A stretch of DNA of 54,262 nt, counting the filler, from Trypethelium eluteriae (taxonomy: Eukaryota), in NCBI GenBank assembly GCA_051942245.1. It is 2 parts of 2 records of this genome, joined end to end, with 100 filler letters (N's around TTAATTAATTAA, not from the genome) between each part and the next. Parts side by side here need not be neighbours in the genome. Positions count along the whole stretch, not along the records: positions 1 to 27,112 come from JAVECL010000340.1; positions 27,213 to 54,262 come from JAVECL010000341.1. One strand, written 5' to 3'. Position numbers and translations under genes: made by a program. Positions 22,773 to 36,514 of this stretch are shown here, piece by piece; positions within the stretch are counted from its first letter, which is position 1; each line of letters begins with the position of its first letter. The notes beneath the pieces are model-generated. The model worked only from the letters and a program-made list of their open reading frames with translations, was not told the origin of the DNA and did not search any database.

Positions 22773-23855
22773 CTAGTCCACTCTGAACCTGTATTGATCT
22801 GAGCGATCCAGATAAACGACCTTGTGGCTCAGTCCGGCCTCTTCGACCGCTTTCTTGAAGTCTTTCAGTGGAGATAGAAACACGTCGTAATCACTACATC
22901 CATGTCAGCGCTCAGATTGACTTCATGAATATCATGAAGCATACTCGTAGTGGATTGGGATTGTGACGTCTGGGTTGATTAGCTGCACCAGTTCAATACC
23001 CTGCTTTGCATCCATTGTCACCATAAGCAACGGCACTGATGGGCTAGGTATCGTCGTCCCACCCAGATGTATCAACATCAGATCGATGTTTTGGTCCTTG
23101 TAACGCTCAGGAATCTCTTTTAGCTCGTCGTGCATTAGGGTGTCGCCTGAGATGCAGATTCTATAGCCACTCTTGAAGGATTTGTCGTCGCCTCTGGTAT
23201 CTATATATCCAAGCTCCACCATCCAGCCATTGGTAGGTGGAACTGCCTGGAGTAGATCATTGGCAACAGACAAAGGTCCAGGTGGTATGTGTTTGCCGGG
23301 CATGCCAGTCACCTTGATTGACGGCACTCCACGGTGACTGCCCTGCTGCTGCGCAACAATATCTACCATCATGCTATCAAAGAAGTCAAGGTCATAAACG
23401 TTCTGAAAAGATTCCTGCTCGCCTTTAGATTGCAAGTGCTTCTTCGCGTGCGGAGTCGTGATGATCGGAAGAGTTCTCCTTAACTTTGCCTCCACCTCTT
23501 GATCGAAATGGTCCGCGTGGTAATGTGACAAGAGCACTAGATCAATCTTAGGAAGCTGATGAAAATCCACCGCTGGATTGGTGACCCGTGTGCCAGTGAC
23601 TCCGGGCCCCAAATGGACATGATCCCCACTATGCAGAAAGTTCGGGTCGGTCATGATCCGTATTCCGGCCCACTCGAATATAGTTGTTGCGGTACCAACG
23701 AAGAAGATAGAGGCATTTTCATCTCCAGCCAGTCCAACACCAGGCTTAGCTTTCATCTCCTTGGCAGAAGGTAGAGTTTGGGGAAGCTCGCTGAGGCTAG
23801 TCTCGTCACGTAAAGGTGCTTCTGCCTTAGAGGGATCGAGAACTAAATGATGCAT
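22773..23855 (-). CDS. Metallo-beta-lactamase-fold hydrolase (UlaG/NAPE-PLD-like); 2 exons
   Basis: FVGTATT, MTDPNFLH, metal motif SHYHADHFD, ISGDT and IPIHYDDYDVF across intron 22894-22944. Confidence 0.88.
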
Positions 23856-24659
23856 CTTGAGCTGGATTTTTTCAGACCACGCAAAGGCGTTGAAACGTCG
23901 CAGAGGAGCATATCGCAAAAATAGCAGAAGCAAAAAAATGCGGCATTCTTTAGCTCATCAGTGAGAAAGAGTCTCTACTACGTCATCCTAGGTGTTAGGT
24001 GACGTTCTGCTCTAGGAAGGCGCGAGAAGGGGCACCTTCGCAGGAAAATTTTCTGCATTACCAAGCTTCTTTTGCAGAGGTCCTCAGAGAACATTGTCAT
24101 TCCGCAGCCAGTTTGGAGCTGAATATATGCACGATATAGGTCAAAAAGCGAGGATCAGGTGGCCGGAGTACGGCGTCAAAGTTATTGGGGCTCCGTATGT
24201 ACGTACAGCGGAGCGGACTTAAGGGCGGGGCAAGCCACTGGCCAGCTATCGCCGCTGTGGATCAACGGATAATTCCGGTAGCAGTGCCCAAACGCGTAGG
24301 ATATGCTTGCACTGGTGAGATCATTGGTCGCATATGATGACCGGACGCCATTTTTATCGAAAAAGGGACAGCTTATTTCGCAAATAGATGAAATTTGAAG
24401 GGAATTAGGGGGCCGGCGAAAGCGCAGAGCCGGACGGGACTTGTAAAACGCCAAGCTTGCTATTGTGGAAGGACATTTCGTCAACGTAGACTAAGGTTTG
24501 CTGCGGTTTCGATCGAGGGGTATAAAGTTGATGACCTGCACTGCAGATTGAGACTTCATTCAATCAATTGACAGAGTATCTGAGTTCCCAGAACACATTT
24601 GAGACTTCCGAGCAACCTAATCAACAATATTTTTTGGATCCCCAAGCGCAACAAGCATC

Positions 24660-25809
24660 ATGGTGAAGATTGTAGGAAACGAAGTCGGGCCTCTCGGCTA
24701 TGGTCTCATGCGTATGCCTCCAATTCCTTCCACCTACCTTTGTCTTCGTCTCCATGATTCGCCATTGACACTTAATCATCTACAGGTCTTACATGGAGCG
24801 TGACACCTGCGTCCAAGACGCAATCCCTCGGAGCGATGAAAACTGCCCTCGACAAAGGCTGCTCCTTCTGGAACGGCGGCACATTCTACGGCACCCCAGA
24901 ATACAACTCCCTGCACCTCCTCAACGAATACTTCACCCAATACCCCTCTGACGCCGACAAGGTTGTTCTCAGCATCAAAGGCGGCATGAATGCTGCCACG
25001 CGCCAACCGGATGGTAGTCGTGAGGGAGTGCGCCAAAGCATCGACGAGTCCCTGCGCGTACTCGACGGCAAGAAGAAGCTTGACATCTTTGAGTGTGCAC
25101 GCGTTGATTCTAAGGTGCCAGTTGAGGTGACTATTCGGGCCGCAGCGGAGTATATAAAGGAGGGGAAGCTCGGGGGTATTGCGTTGAGCGAGTGCAGTGC
25201 GGATACTATTCGACGGGCGGCCAAGGTGCATCCGATTGCATGTGTGGAGGTCGAGTACAGCTTGTGGGCAACTGAGATAGAGGAGAATGGAGTGGCGCAA
25301 GCGTGTAAGGAAAATAACATTCCGATCGTGGCATATTCACCTCTCGGGCGTGGATTCTTGGTAAGTGGAGTGACGAGAATGATTTGAACCTGACAGTGGC
25401 TGATGTGATGTTTGCGTGGCGATAGACCGGCCAAATCAAGACTCCGAATGACATTCCGGAAGATGACATGCGTCGTCACATGCCCCGCTTCCAGCCAGAT
25501 GTCTTCGATGAGAACTTGAAGCTTGTCCACGAAATCACCGCCATCGCAGACAAGAAAGGCTGTAAACCGAGTCAGATGGCTTTGGCTTGGATCTTCAAGA
25601 CCAGTGGCCGAGGTGGAATGCCGGAGATTATTCCAATCCCTGGAGCTAGAGTTGAGGAACGGGTGTTGGAGAACACGACACTGGTCAGTTTGACAGATTC
25701 CGAGTTTGATGAGCTCAATGCGGTAATCAAGAGGATTCCCGTGGTGGGAGGCAGATATCCAGAGGCATTCTCCCACATGAACTTTGGTGACAGTCCTCCG
25801 GAAAAATAG
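24660..25809 (+). CDS. Aldo-keto reductase (pyridoxal reductase-like); 3 exons
   Basis: GPLGYGLMRLTW, FWNGGTFYG, VLSIKGG, DIFECARVD, IALSEC, VEVEYSLW, AYSPLGRGFL and IPIPG. Introns 24712-24785 and 25361-25425. Confidence 0.92.
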
Positions 25810-26448
25810 TTCAGCTGTTACCTAGCATACATCAGAGTAGCGAGAGAGGGACTATAGAGTCGAGGTAGAAATGTATCGAATTTGACGCGCCTGTCATGGA
25901 TCCATTGCAGATCTCGCGTTCCTGAAATGTGTTTTGTCAGCCATCAATCTGAGATTGGGTTCTGCGAAGGTATCGTCAAGGTATCGTAGTCAGATCAAGT
26001 GTAGTTTTGAGAAGTCGTCCTATGGCCCAGAAGACCATCCGTATTGCAGAATTCATTTGTGCATCATTGAAGCTGTTGTGTGAAACATGGTTCATGCTTA
26101 CTGGGGGGTTCTCCGATGGTTGTTACCCAGAAGCCAAGTTGCTTGCATTTGGTGACATTTTTCGGCTCGAAGTAGTGAGAGACCTGTTCGGTTACAGAAA
26201 CTGCTTGCCATGATATCGAGGATTGGAACGGAAATTTTGAAGACGTGCGCAAGACTTTGACAGAGAGAGTGGTTATCTAAGGGAGCTGGGCGACACACGC
26301 TAGAGCAAGGTAACCATCGTAAGCCCTAACCTGAGCTCGCCGACTTGCAACCGCGTTCTCGACACTGCTCACTCATTGCACACGCCGACACAGACGTCCT
26401 CATCTACTTTGCTGCTACCCTCTTGGCCCTCGTCCGCAGTTTCTCATC

Positions 26449-27112
26449 ATGGCCGACTCGCCGGGCTCTCCTCTTTCTTCCATTGCCTCCGACGAGTTCG
26501 CAGAAGACGTCAAAACCGAAGACCGCAGCGTCAGCGTCGATACCTACGTTGATCACGACGTCGATGCATCCATCGAACGTCCCAAGAAGAAGCGGCGCAC
26601 TGCTAGAGGCGAAGAGTCGATTCTCGAAGAACCGCGCGAACCCTCTCCACCCGATACCGACGTCTCATCCGATACTGACGGTTCCGTTCCTGGCTCCCCT
26701 GCGCTAGGTGTACATCAGGACGAGGAAGCCATGGGCGCAGAGCAAATCACTGTTTGCAAGTGGGACGGATGCGATGCCGGCGACCTCAAGAACATGGACA
26801 ACCTAGTGCAACATATTCATGACTCGCATATTGGAGCCAAAAGGCAGCGATACAGCTGCGAATGGGGAGACTGCGCAAGAAAGGGAACGGCACATGCGAG
26901 CGGATACGCGCTGCGCGCGCACATGAGAAGCCACACGAGAGAAAAGCCCTTCTACTGTCTCCTACCTGGTAAGTCCATCCACCCAGTCTCAAATCCTCTA
27001 CTCTCTCCTCTCCCTAACCGCCACCCTCAGAATGCGACCGCTCCTTCACCCGCTCCGACGCCCTCGCCAAACACATGCGCACCGTCCACGAAACCGAGCC
27101 CCCCCGACCCTC
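26449..27112 (+). CDS. C2H2 zinc-finger protein, INO80 complex subunit Iec1-like; 3' end lost in gap
   Basis: Acidic N-terminus MADSPGSPLSS. Three fingers CKWDGC..HIHDSH, CEWGDC..HMRSH and (after intron 26969-27030) CLLPECDRSFTRSDALAKHMRTVH. Confidence 0.8.
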
Positions 27113-27212
27113 NNNNNNNNNNNNNNNNNNNNNNNNNNNNNNNNNNNNNNNNNNNNTTAATTAATTAANNNNNNNNNNNNNNNNNNNNNNNNNNNNNNNN
27201 NNNNNNNNNNNN
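27113..27212. other. Artificial contig-joining spacer (44 N + TTAATTAATTAA + 44 N)
   Basis: Exactly 100 bp with a six-frame stop linker; it interrupts a CDS. Confidence 0.97.
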
Positions 27213-27899
27213 GTAGAGCAGATTGGAAGGGAATATGGATTCTGAATACTAATCTCCTCGTTCTGGTGCTTCTTGTAATAATGGAAGGGGAGGAATGAGT
27301 ACAATATGTAGGCGGCAGTGCCTTTGTCATTGACTTGATGAACATGACTACCAAGAATAAGAAACAAGGTTGAGTAGTCCTTGGATATAATGCACTTGAT
27401 CTTGTCAAGACCAATCAAATTTCACGAATGATTTGCCTCTGTAAGAACCATAGCTTTTGTATCAAATATCTTACACTGCACTTAGTAGGACTGTAATGTC
27501 AGTTCGTTCCTAAATAACGTCTTGTGACAATGTTTCGCATTGTCGCTTATTGTAGTCAAAATGATAGGCTTACCAGGTTATTTACTACTACCCAGCTCCT
27601 TGTTTCCTGCCTAAAGGTAATTCTCCCTATACAATAATCATGAGATTCAATGTATATGCACTCTATTCTATTTTGTGACCCTTGCTAGACTCCGATATTT
27701 AGTCGCTGCCTGATAGCTTAGCCATAGAGCATTTTTCTTCTTTCAATTCGACGCTCTGATCACATTACCACAGAAAATATAGCCGAAAAGGTGAATATTG
27801 TGGTTCTCTGACGTCTTTCTACAGGCCCACGGTTGTTGTGAACAATGGTGAAGAATAAGATTTTGTAGACTTTTGATGGAACGAGCTCAAGACACCCGC

Positions 27900-29453
27900 T
27901 CATTCATTGGAGGCCGGATTGTCAAAGACGGTAGACTTGACTGTGTCTAGTTCCTGCACAGCTTGAACCTCATCATCCAGGCTCGCCAAAAATCTCTCCT
28001 CGTCCCACTTTGGTTGCCATCCAAGTCGATAAGCGTTGACAGGGACAAGCTGTCCACTAAGTCCACCATTAGAGGCTCATGTTTAAATGCATAAAGGGGA
28101 GTACCTACCTAGAAGTCCCAATCGCCCGTATATAACGGCGTGGAAATCCCAGATATTCTGCTGCAATGTCATCGCTTGGCCAGACCTCTGGCTTAGGCTC
28201 CATCACAAGTCCACGAGCATGCAGAGCCTTGGCAAGGCGCTCCACGACAGCCCACCAATGAGTCCTATGGGAAATTGGAAAGTAGTAGCCCTTCTCGCCG
28301 CTCAGAATCGGCTCTTTTTGCAGGATCCTTTCAGTGAGTAGAACATAAAATGCTACCAAGTCTGATATGTGCACTGAGTGCGGGCTCTATCAAAGTGTTA
28401 GCGTATTGATCTAGGTTAGTGAAAGCTACCGTCATTGTACTATGCATTTTGACGCGATAATCACCCAGTGTCGAACATCCTTTTCTTCGGGCCGCCTTTC
28501 TAGTTTAGAACAAGATGAAATAATGAACTTACGCCATCTTTGTCGAATTTGTAAACAACCTTGTGCTTTATGCTGGTCCTGATATATGCTGGGATGCTCA
28601 CAGATAGTTTCCTCCATTCACCGCTACCTCTTCCGTCTATGAAACAATCAGTCCAGATTCAAAATTTCAGTCAATAGAGTAAGAATGCGAAATGCCATCA
28701 CAAGGGCACTCGCAGACCTGAGGCACGGGAATATTGAAGCTTGTGATACCCTGTGCTATGGCTAATTCCGTGACAATGGTGTTGGTCTTGATTAAGAATT
28801 AGTACTCTAAGTTCTATGACGCAAAGATTGGCATGTTAGTATGACTGACGTTTCGAACTGGATGAGCCCCTTCTATCTCCTTCTCCTTCTCAAATATCGG
28901 ATCAGTGTCCCTGACCTCCCCAAATGGCCAGCCACCCTCGGCGGAAAAGATGGTGGCTACCGATGACTGAGTCAAGTTTAGTGAACAATTGTAAAAGGAT
29001 GCTAAGCTAACTCACATGTATGAAATAAGTCTCCTTGCCACTTGATTCGCGACGCCGACCAAGGGCTTTTATAAGGGCAGATACGATATGCGAATCCACT
29101 GCGCTTGCTGTATGAATGACAATATCAACTGAGACAACATGAGCGGCCCAGTTTGATAACCTTGATGTGTCAACGTACTGTCATTGGAAATCACGGCTTC
29201 TTTCACAGCCGATTCATTGCTGACGTCGACTTGGATTATATTCACACCAAGTTTGGACAAGCTTTGGACCTGTTCCTCAGACCGAACCGCGGCACTAACG
29301 TTGGCGGCTTTGAGTGGGCCACTTGTACGAGAAATGAACTCGGCAAGAACAGAGCCTCCGCTGGAAGTATATTAGCCTAGCTCCTGACAAGTTTGAGAAT
29401 GATGCGCCCTACATATAGCCGGCGGCGCCGGTGATGAGAATATTCTGGCCCAT
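27900..29453 (-). CDS. NAD(P)-binding Rossmann-fold epimerase/dehydratase-like oxidoreductase; multi-exon
   Basis: MGQNILITGAAGYI|GGSVLA, DIVIHTASA, YFIH, GRGSGEW, VHISDLVAFY and LGWQPKWDEERFL, with several short GT..AG introns. Confidence 0.85.
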
Positions 29454-29850
29454 GATACTAGTTGAAGGGGAAGACTTGTGATATTCCTGATATGGGGAGT
29501 CTTAACCGCTGACGAGCGGACGGTATGATTTATATATAATCCGATGCCATTCTGTCTAGAGTAGCAGCTCTTGCCTCGAAATGACTCGTAGAAGATTGAT
29601 AGCTTTGCTCATGCAAATTGGTAGCTGGATTGCAGGCATTGAAGCAACAGGATTGGGTTGTGCAGCCAATCACGTCCCTGATGTCTTGAGTGGGTACACT
29701 ACCTTACATAAGATGATGTACTGTCACTGGGCCGGCCGGAAACCCGCGCGAATCCAGAATTTGTCAGTCCCAGCGTCATTACCGAGATGTACTACCTTTA
29801 ATATTAGAACAACAACTCACCAACATGCTTCCCAAACGTATTATTGAATA

Positions 29851-32321
29851 ATGGAATCCCGCGGGGAAGACGTCGGTAAGCGCGCAGAAGCCCGCCCAGC
29901 AATCGCCCGCCGCTCGGTGAGCTCAAGTGTCGTACTCATCATTGACGTAACCTAATGGCTGATGAAACAGTGTGATCAATGTCGGGCTCGGAAGGTCAGA
30001 CTCTTAATTGTGCACGCATATGCCGTACGAGGAAGAGTTGTAGTAGCTAACAGGTCATCCTCGGGCAGATCGGCTGTGACAGAGGCCTGCCTTGTTCGAA
30101 TTGCGTCACCGCCAGGGTCGACTGTACCCACAGTGCAGTCGCATCCAATGCGGAAACTCCGAGGCAGAGAGTGTTGATTTCGGCAAAATAGTGAGCCGTT
30201 CTCTTGAGTTCTTTCTTGCTTACTATAAAGTACTCACAGGATGTTATTCCCTTAGTGAGCAGAAAATCGACGACATTGCAAGAGACGTTGGCGGCATCAA
30301 GCTTCTCTTACAAGGTCCCAACGCGCCTTCAGCTGAAAAACGGCCTGTGACTCGCTCTCAATGGAACCTCAATCCGGTTGAGTCGGTGAAGCCTCTGATC
30401 CAGTGCCAGTCCATCTCAGCATCTGGTGGCGAACCTCTATGGGACCATTCAGCTCAAATTGTTGATTTTGTCAAAGCTGTTTCGGAAGACAGAAGTTCAA
30501 GAGATGTCAGACCTGAATCGAGTGAAGTACTATCTTCATTGAGGAAGCTTGTGCAGGCTCTGGAAGACCCTATCACTGCTCGAGGCTCAGGCTCATCTGT
30601 TCACCGGACCAAGCCCGCGACACAGCAGGTTAATCCTCCCATGCCCCCCTTGGAGGCGGTTGTGGCTGTATTGCGGTGGGCAAAGGGTAACTTGCTCTTT
30701 ACAACTGCACCTTTTAAATCCGCTAATATACAAATCAGATCACGCCACGTTTACAAGAATCGTCTGGATTTCGCAAGTACTTCCTCTTCAAAACTTCACC
30801 GAGATCTGCCGAAAGGTGTATTTCGCGGTTGATGAATATAGCGAAGTGGACCTCATTCTCGCCAACGCATACTTGTCATACATATTTGCGGAGCATGTCG
30901 TTGTATCAGGACTTCAAGACTACCGAGAATATTGTCAACTCTGTCGAGAGAATCTCGAAGACGCTCTTCCAAGGCTTCCGCTGCTCCTACCGGCATCCAT
31001 AGAGGTCATTGCTGCATTGACACTCGGGGTATGGATTCTACAGAAGGATAAGGGCCAAGGGCACATGCTAATACTGGCGACAGACATTTAACGCAGTGGA
31101 AAACTCTAAAGCTAAAGTGGCCTGGAAGTTCATTTCGGCTGCCTCCGATCTTTGCCAGACGCTGGGATATCATCGCCTTCGCTCGCAAAGTGAACATGAC
31201 AAGCCCTCGCTGGCTGCTCAGGAACGTCTATTTTGGACTGTTTATGCATTTGAAAAGGGGCTCTCACTTCGGATTGGTCGTTCATCCAATATCCGGGATG
31301 CTGAAATTACATTACCATTTGTTGCAGATATGCCACGCTCTGTCAGACTTGGCAGGATCAATGGAATGGTCTACGATTAACTTTACAGCCCAGCAGGCCT
31401 ATCTCGACCGGCTGATGAACGCAGCCATATAGCCGAGATCCTCGCTGGAGATTTACGAGAATTGATCAAGGAAACACGTGCCGACATCTCCGTATGCTCT
31501 TTGTGCCTTCGTGAGTCCTAGATCTCGCTGACGGGCTGTACCAGAGTGCGAGCGACCAGCCAAGCGATAATGAACCAGATCCTATGCGAGTCACCTACTT
31601 GCAGTGCGACCTGGTTTGCCAATCTTCATTACTTGCCTTGGTTCTCCGAGCAGTTCCCACGGCACAAGGCTCCCTGACCGGTGTCTCGGACGATTGTGTT
31701 GTGGTCGCCCGCCGTGCTTTGGACATGCACGAGCGATGTATGAAAGATCTGGGTGACTGCAAAAATGACCCGTTCATGGCAACAAAATATATCAATTGGT
31801 GCGTGGATTAGTTCTTTCAGTGGCACTGCTCTTCAAGAGCCAATTCTTAGTCAAAGCCGCCTTTCGTTACGGCCAGTCATCGATCTTTCGGACTAATCTT
31901 TGCCTTGAATAGGGCGATTCTATACTGTCCATTTGTTCCGTTCAGTATCCTCTTTACTCGCGTAGTTCAGCTCTCGGATATGGCCGACTTGGACCGTTTG
32001 GATCGCTTCGCAACCTCCTTACAGCCTGGTTTAATTCCTCCTGAGGCGATTACACACCCATATCGACTGTATAAGCTTCTCTGTCAGGCTGCACGGCTCT
32101 ACTTTGATTTAGATGCTCCCTCTTGGCCTACAGACCAGACCATATCAGACGCTCCAACAGGTATCTCACCCTAGTTTGACCTCTCACACTCTGTAATGGA
32201 GGGAGGAGTGATATCGGATGAGTCTCTGAAGCCCAACAGCTCTCAAATGTATGGCCTGTACGATTGGTGGCACGACAGCCAGCAAATTATGGGACTGCTA
32301 AGTGAGGATATAATATACTAA
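29851..32321 (+). pseudogene. Zn(II)2Cys6 fungal transcription factor with two in-frame premature stops (31378 TAA, 32172 TAG)
   Basis: Spliced CDQCRARK|IGCDRGLPCSNCVTARVDC. Fungal_trans domain AASDLCQTLGYHR..RLFWTVYAFEKGLSLRIGRSS. The frame continues VYD*LYSPAG and SP*FDL..DWWHDSQQIMGLLSED to a TAA at 32319-32321. Confidence 0.82.
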
Positions 32322-32690
32322 GAACCTGTGTAATGACATGATAGTGTCGCCCAGAATCTTTTGCACAAGCCAAGAGACTTGCGGAAAACGTGGTAATGTT
32401 ATGTGTCAATGCTATTTCTTGTCAAAGCTTAGCATTCCCGGGATTTGTCTGTTTGTAGGGCAATTCTTGTGTCCCGTGCTGTCTGAGCCGGGATAGGGAA
32501 TGGTGGTTCCAGCACTACCTTGTTGCAGTCGAGCAGGATCAGACACGATATTTGAGGAAGGTGTAGATAATGCTGACTGAGCGCTGGCTAGGCTTTGCTA
32601 AAGATAGCGCAAGTACTTCAGGTGGAAACTGCAACGACCGTACCGAGAATCATATGGATCAAAATCGACATCGATCTGGGCCCCTGAAGA

Positions 32691-34024
32691 CTAGGTACTA
32701 AAATTGCTAATGAAGACTACTAAAACAGCGCAATAAGCTGCTGAGGCCGCAAAAATCTCGTGGCGCTTCGCAACCGTCAACAGACCCATTGCAGCAGAAA
32801 AGAGTGATGTGAAAATTATGAGTACTCCAATGGCCGTTAATATCGCGTGCTGCGATTTACTAACGCTTGTCATCTTATACATAACCACAACTGGAACCAC
32901 CAATAGGGTGAAAATCAGACTTGTCATGATTAGACCTACGAAGAGCTCGACTCGAGACCTCGAGTAGTAGTGCACGTCTCCATCGATAGTTTTTCTTCGT
33001 AATTCTGGAGTCGAAAACATTTTCTGTGGTTACTGGATTAATTTGGGCAATACGATAATACGAATGACATTGTCCTTACCCGTAGGAAGGAGGACCTTAG
33101 GCTCATGAGAAACTTTTCCACAATCTCATCAAACGCCGACCACTCCCTTCCGTTATGAAGGCTAATTATGTCCTCTTTATGCTTGATGAACGCTCTTTCT
33201 TTCTCGACTAGTGGATTCGTGTTCCAGAACCATGTTCTCACACTTCTGTAGTCTCGCTTTGAGGGTTTCTGGAAAGATCCTATATCCCTGGCTCGTTTGA
33301 GTACTCTACCTATTGAAACGTGAGCTGTTTCGCGCATGCTACGGTTTTTTTGATAGGCTATGAGTGTACCATATGTTACGAGCTTCGACTCTAGGTTAGA
33401 CAAAATAGTTGATTTCTTCCCCTTCTCACTCTCGTCACAAGAATCAAAAACTTCGTTCTCTCGCGACCGAAGCCGCGTTTCAAGGCCATTCGTGCTCTGA
33501 ATTTCTTCGCAGGTTCTTAATTCACTCTCCAGCGCTACTATCTCATCCTGCAGGTTCAGAATCACACGAGAATACAGATAACTGAAGCCGCGATAGAGAG
33601 AGAAATTGGGCTCGCTAGAGAGGAAGGCTGCGGTCCGTGAGTATCCTTTAGGACAGTCTTCTACTGCATGGCCTTTCAGTACTGCGCTTCACAATGACAG
33701 GTGTTCTCGTTGACTTCCTTACATCTCAGTATTTCTGTCTCTGTAATCCCATGCCTTTTTTTTTTGGTTTCTGGGTCTTCAGGAGCCTCCTTGGAAACAA
33801 GTTTCGATAGCAGCGATCCCAGGCAGTCTGTCGTATCGCGATGATAAATTCAGCATGAGACATCAGGAACAGTTCTTGTCACGTAACTCACCCCTCTTTG
33901 GAGCCCCTTTACCAGCTTCTACATCGCCACCTGGCTCTCGATAATTTCCCTGCGATGCGGTGCTTGGTGAGGACGGATTCGAGTCACCCAATTTCTCATG
34001 TTCCGGATCGCAATACTCTGACAT
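32691..34024 (-). CDS. DUF6594-family membrane protein; multi-exon
   Basis: EDCPKGYSRTAAFLSSEPNFSLYRGFSYLYSRVILNLQDEIVALESEL, KPSKRDYRSVRTWF and three C-terminal TM helices ending AKRHEIFAASAAYCAVLVVFISN. The start codon is tentative. Confidence 0.78.
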
Positions 34025-35289
34025 GACTTATCGTATCATGGCTCGAGGTTAGGCTGGCCGAAAATGTGATACTACTAGCTCTATATATGGTATTAGCAGG
34101 ATTACTTTTCCGACCAGCCTAACGCCCTAACGTCAAGCCATGACTTACCGCAATCTTTCTCTAAGGCAGAACAGGGCGGGCTTGATAATGCTAGGAACAT
34201 AGGTCTGATTTCAAGCCTTCGGGCGTCTCGTTTCGCCCCGCATATCGCAGCCTTCCGCGATTGGAATGAATCAATGCATGCTGTGAGCGATCGGAGAAGG
34301 ATTACGCGTTGCTGCTGTGACAAGGCACATTGATCGACGACTTTCACAAGCCAGGTTTTGACCGAGTCTTTCAAGGCAAAATCGTCGATAACGCCTTGCT
34401 TGAAGATAAGACTCTATTACGGGCGGTAAAAGCTAGGCGTCGCTTTAGAAGGCGTGATCATTTAAGTCAGTGGATTTCTATGGGGTACCGACTTACGTAG
34501 ATGGCTACACAATAGTGTACTGTATATTGTGCACGGTTCGCAGGTGAGAGGGGTGCTGAATCGGATAAATATGCCCCCAATCTGGATATTACTCTAGAAT
34601 ACTTCCCCGAGCCGACACCTTTCCTGCAACCCTTTCCCTACTCCCTCTTTTGTTCCTCATGTTAGGTTTCAATCATTTCCTGATAAGCATTCACTGTTTT
34701 CAATCAGAATGCACTCGCTGTACATGGCTGAGCTACGTATTTTAGTAGAACTTGTTGAAGGAAGCCGCTCTTATACGAGGTGCAGGCGGGGCTGAGTCCT
34801 ATTGTAAATGTTATCGCATTCGTTCTATCATGTATAGCTATATCCACGGTCCTGGGTAGTTCCCAAACTTAGATTCTACACACCACAATCAACTCAGTTT
34901 CTCTACTCCAGCAGAATTTGACTAATTCTGGGCACAAGAGTGATAGGAAATTGGGGATAGAACAAAGACGAAGAAGGGAAAAGACGGAGGTGAAGAAGGA
35001 AAAAGGAGTGTGTACGGTGCTAGCAACCTATTTCTGCAACCAAGGCAAGGCGATTATGGAGATCACATTCACCTAGCGGGGCAAGATCGACGCTACTCTA
35101 TTTCTGAACTGCCTAGGGTTCAGTCCTAGAGCTACCTAGACCTGGGAAATCAACTACATGGGAGCTTTTGAATAGGACGTAGGCATATAGCCAGGGAAAC
35201 TTGAAGTGCAGAGTACTCTACGCGTGTATCATGATACGAAAACACTATCCCTAGTGCAAGTCCTCAACACTTACACGACATTGCTATGG

Positions 35290-35728
35290 TCATGTAGTAC
35301 GTTTCAATTTAGTCTCTGAAAACCATGCACCTTCTTTGTACAAAGTCTGAGACTCTACTTCCTTGAGCTGGTATTCAAACTCCGACACCCCCTCGTTCGG
35401 CCCTGACGCAGCCCGCGACTTCGTAATGAAGAAATCTTGGAACTTCTTGAAACCGTTCTCTTCAACTAACATCGAAACTTTGTTACCCTCCTTGTATTGG
35501 GGGATGTCCTGGCCAATAGCTTAGCTTGATTGCAGTAAGGTATTACTCTGCGCTGTCATTATAATAACGTACCTCTTCTGCTTTCATTTTCTGGTCAACG
35601 CCCGATTTTTCCTGCGGTGATCCAGATCGCTCCACCTTTCAATACACGCCAGTTAGGCCACACGCAACAATGCATCTATGAGTTAGGACCGGTAGACTAA
35701 CTTCTGTTCCCTCAAAATCTGGAGACAT
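35290..35728 (-). CDS. Small (~105 aa) hypothetical protein; 3 exons
   Basis: ATG 35728. Two canonical introns (GTTAGT..CTAAC..AAG and GTACGT..CTAAG..CAG) join in frame: MSPDFEGTE|VERSGSPQEKSGVDQKMKAEE|DIPQYKEGNKVSMLVEENG...YQLKEVESQTLYKEGAWFSETKLKRTT*. Confidence 0.6.
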
Positions 35729-36514
35729 CCTTCAGTGTCTCAATCGTTGAATCTTTCGGTCTGAAAAGTGCCAGGGTTTCGAATCTTCTCGAATTGCTAG
35801 AATAGTGCCTGACTGCGAGGAAAAAGGGATGTGTAGACTCCACCTGGGCCTTTGAGGTCCTTATATATCTATGCAACACGAAGTCTAGACTCTAGAATGA
35901 CGCGATTGGAAAAGCTGCCTTGCACCTGCCGTAAGCACGAGGCTTTAAAAAGCTTTGTTTTTTCTCCTAACTTTCCAGACATTGCCTGAGCTATGTACAA
36001 GACTATTTCCCGCGCTGGGTTACTTCAGACCATGCGCCCGATACAGCTCTAGAAAAAGCATACACTGTTACCACATAAACATCCACATTGTAACCTTTCT
36101 CAGGCATCCGGGCTTTTGCCCGGCAAATGGCAGAAAGAACGCAACAACACAGCTGGATGCCAGCACGAGCACAGATCAAGAGCTGATGAGTACAATCGAG
36201 CGCCACTTGGGGCTATGGGCTGTAGCAGACGGCAAGAATCAAGCTTGATACTCCAGCCTCTCCCCAGCAGGACCTGGAGATAAGACGTGCAAGGCATTCG
36301 ACCAGCTGACCACCCTCAACACATGTAAAGCCCATTGTCTCAATGTTTGAGATTATTCAGTTGGCTTCTAATTTTGATCTGGGCCTCGGTTCATTTCCAC
36401 AACACAGCTTCCGTGTCCTGGCCATAATAACCATGTCGCCCTCATATAGGATCCCCTGCTGCTTCGTCACACACAGACCGTTGCGACTTGGACGCTGACG
36501 CATCATTCTACATC

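Noticed and set aside
24886..25776. 296-aa minus-strand ORF
   Set aside because: Antisense shadow of the aldo-keto reductase; no recognisable motifs.
27157..27168. TTAATTAATTAA palindrome and ORFs running through the Ns
   Set aside because: Assembly linker, not biological.
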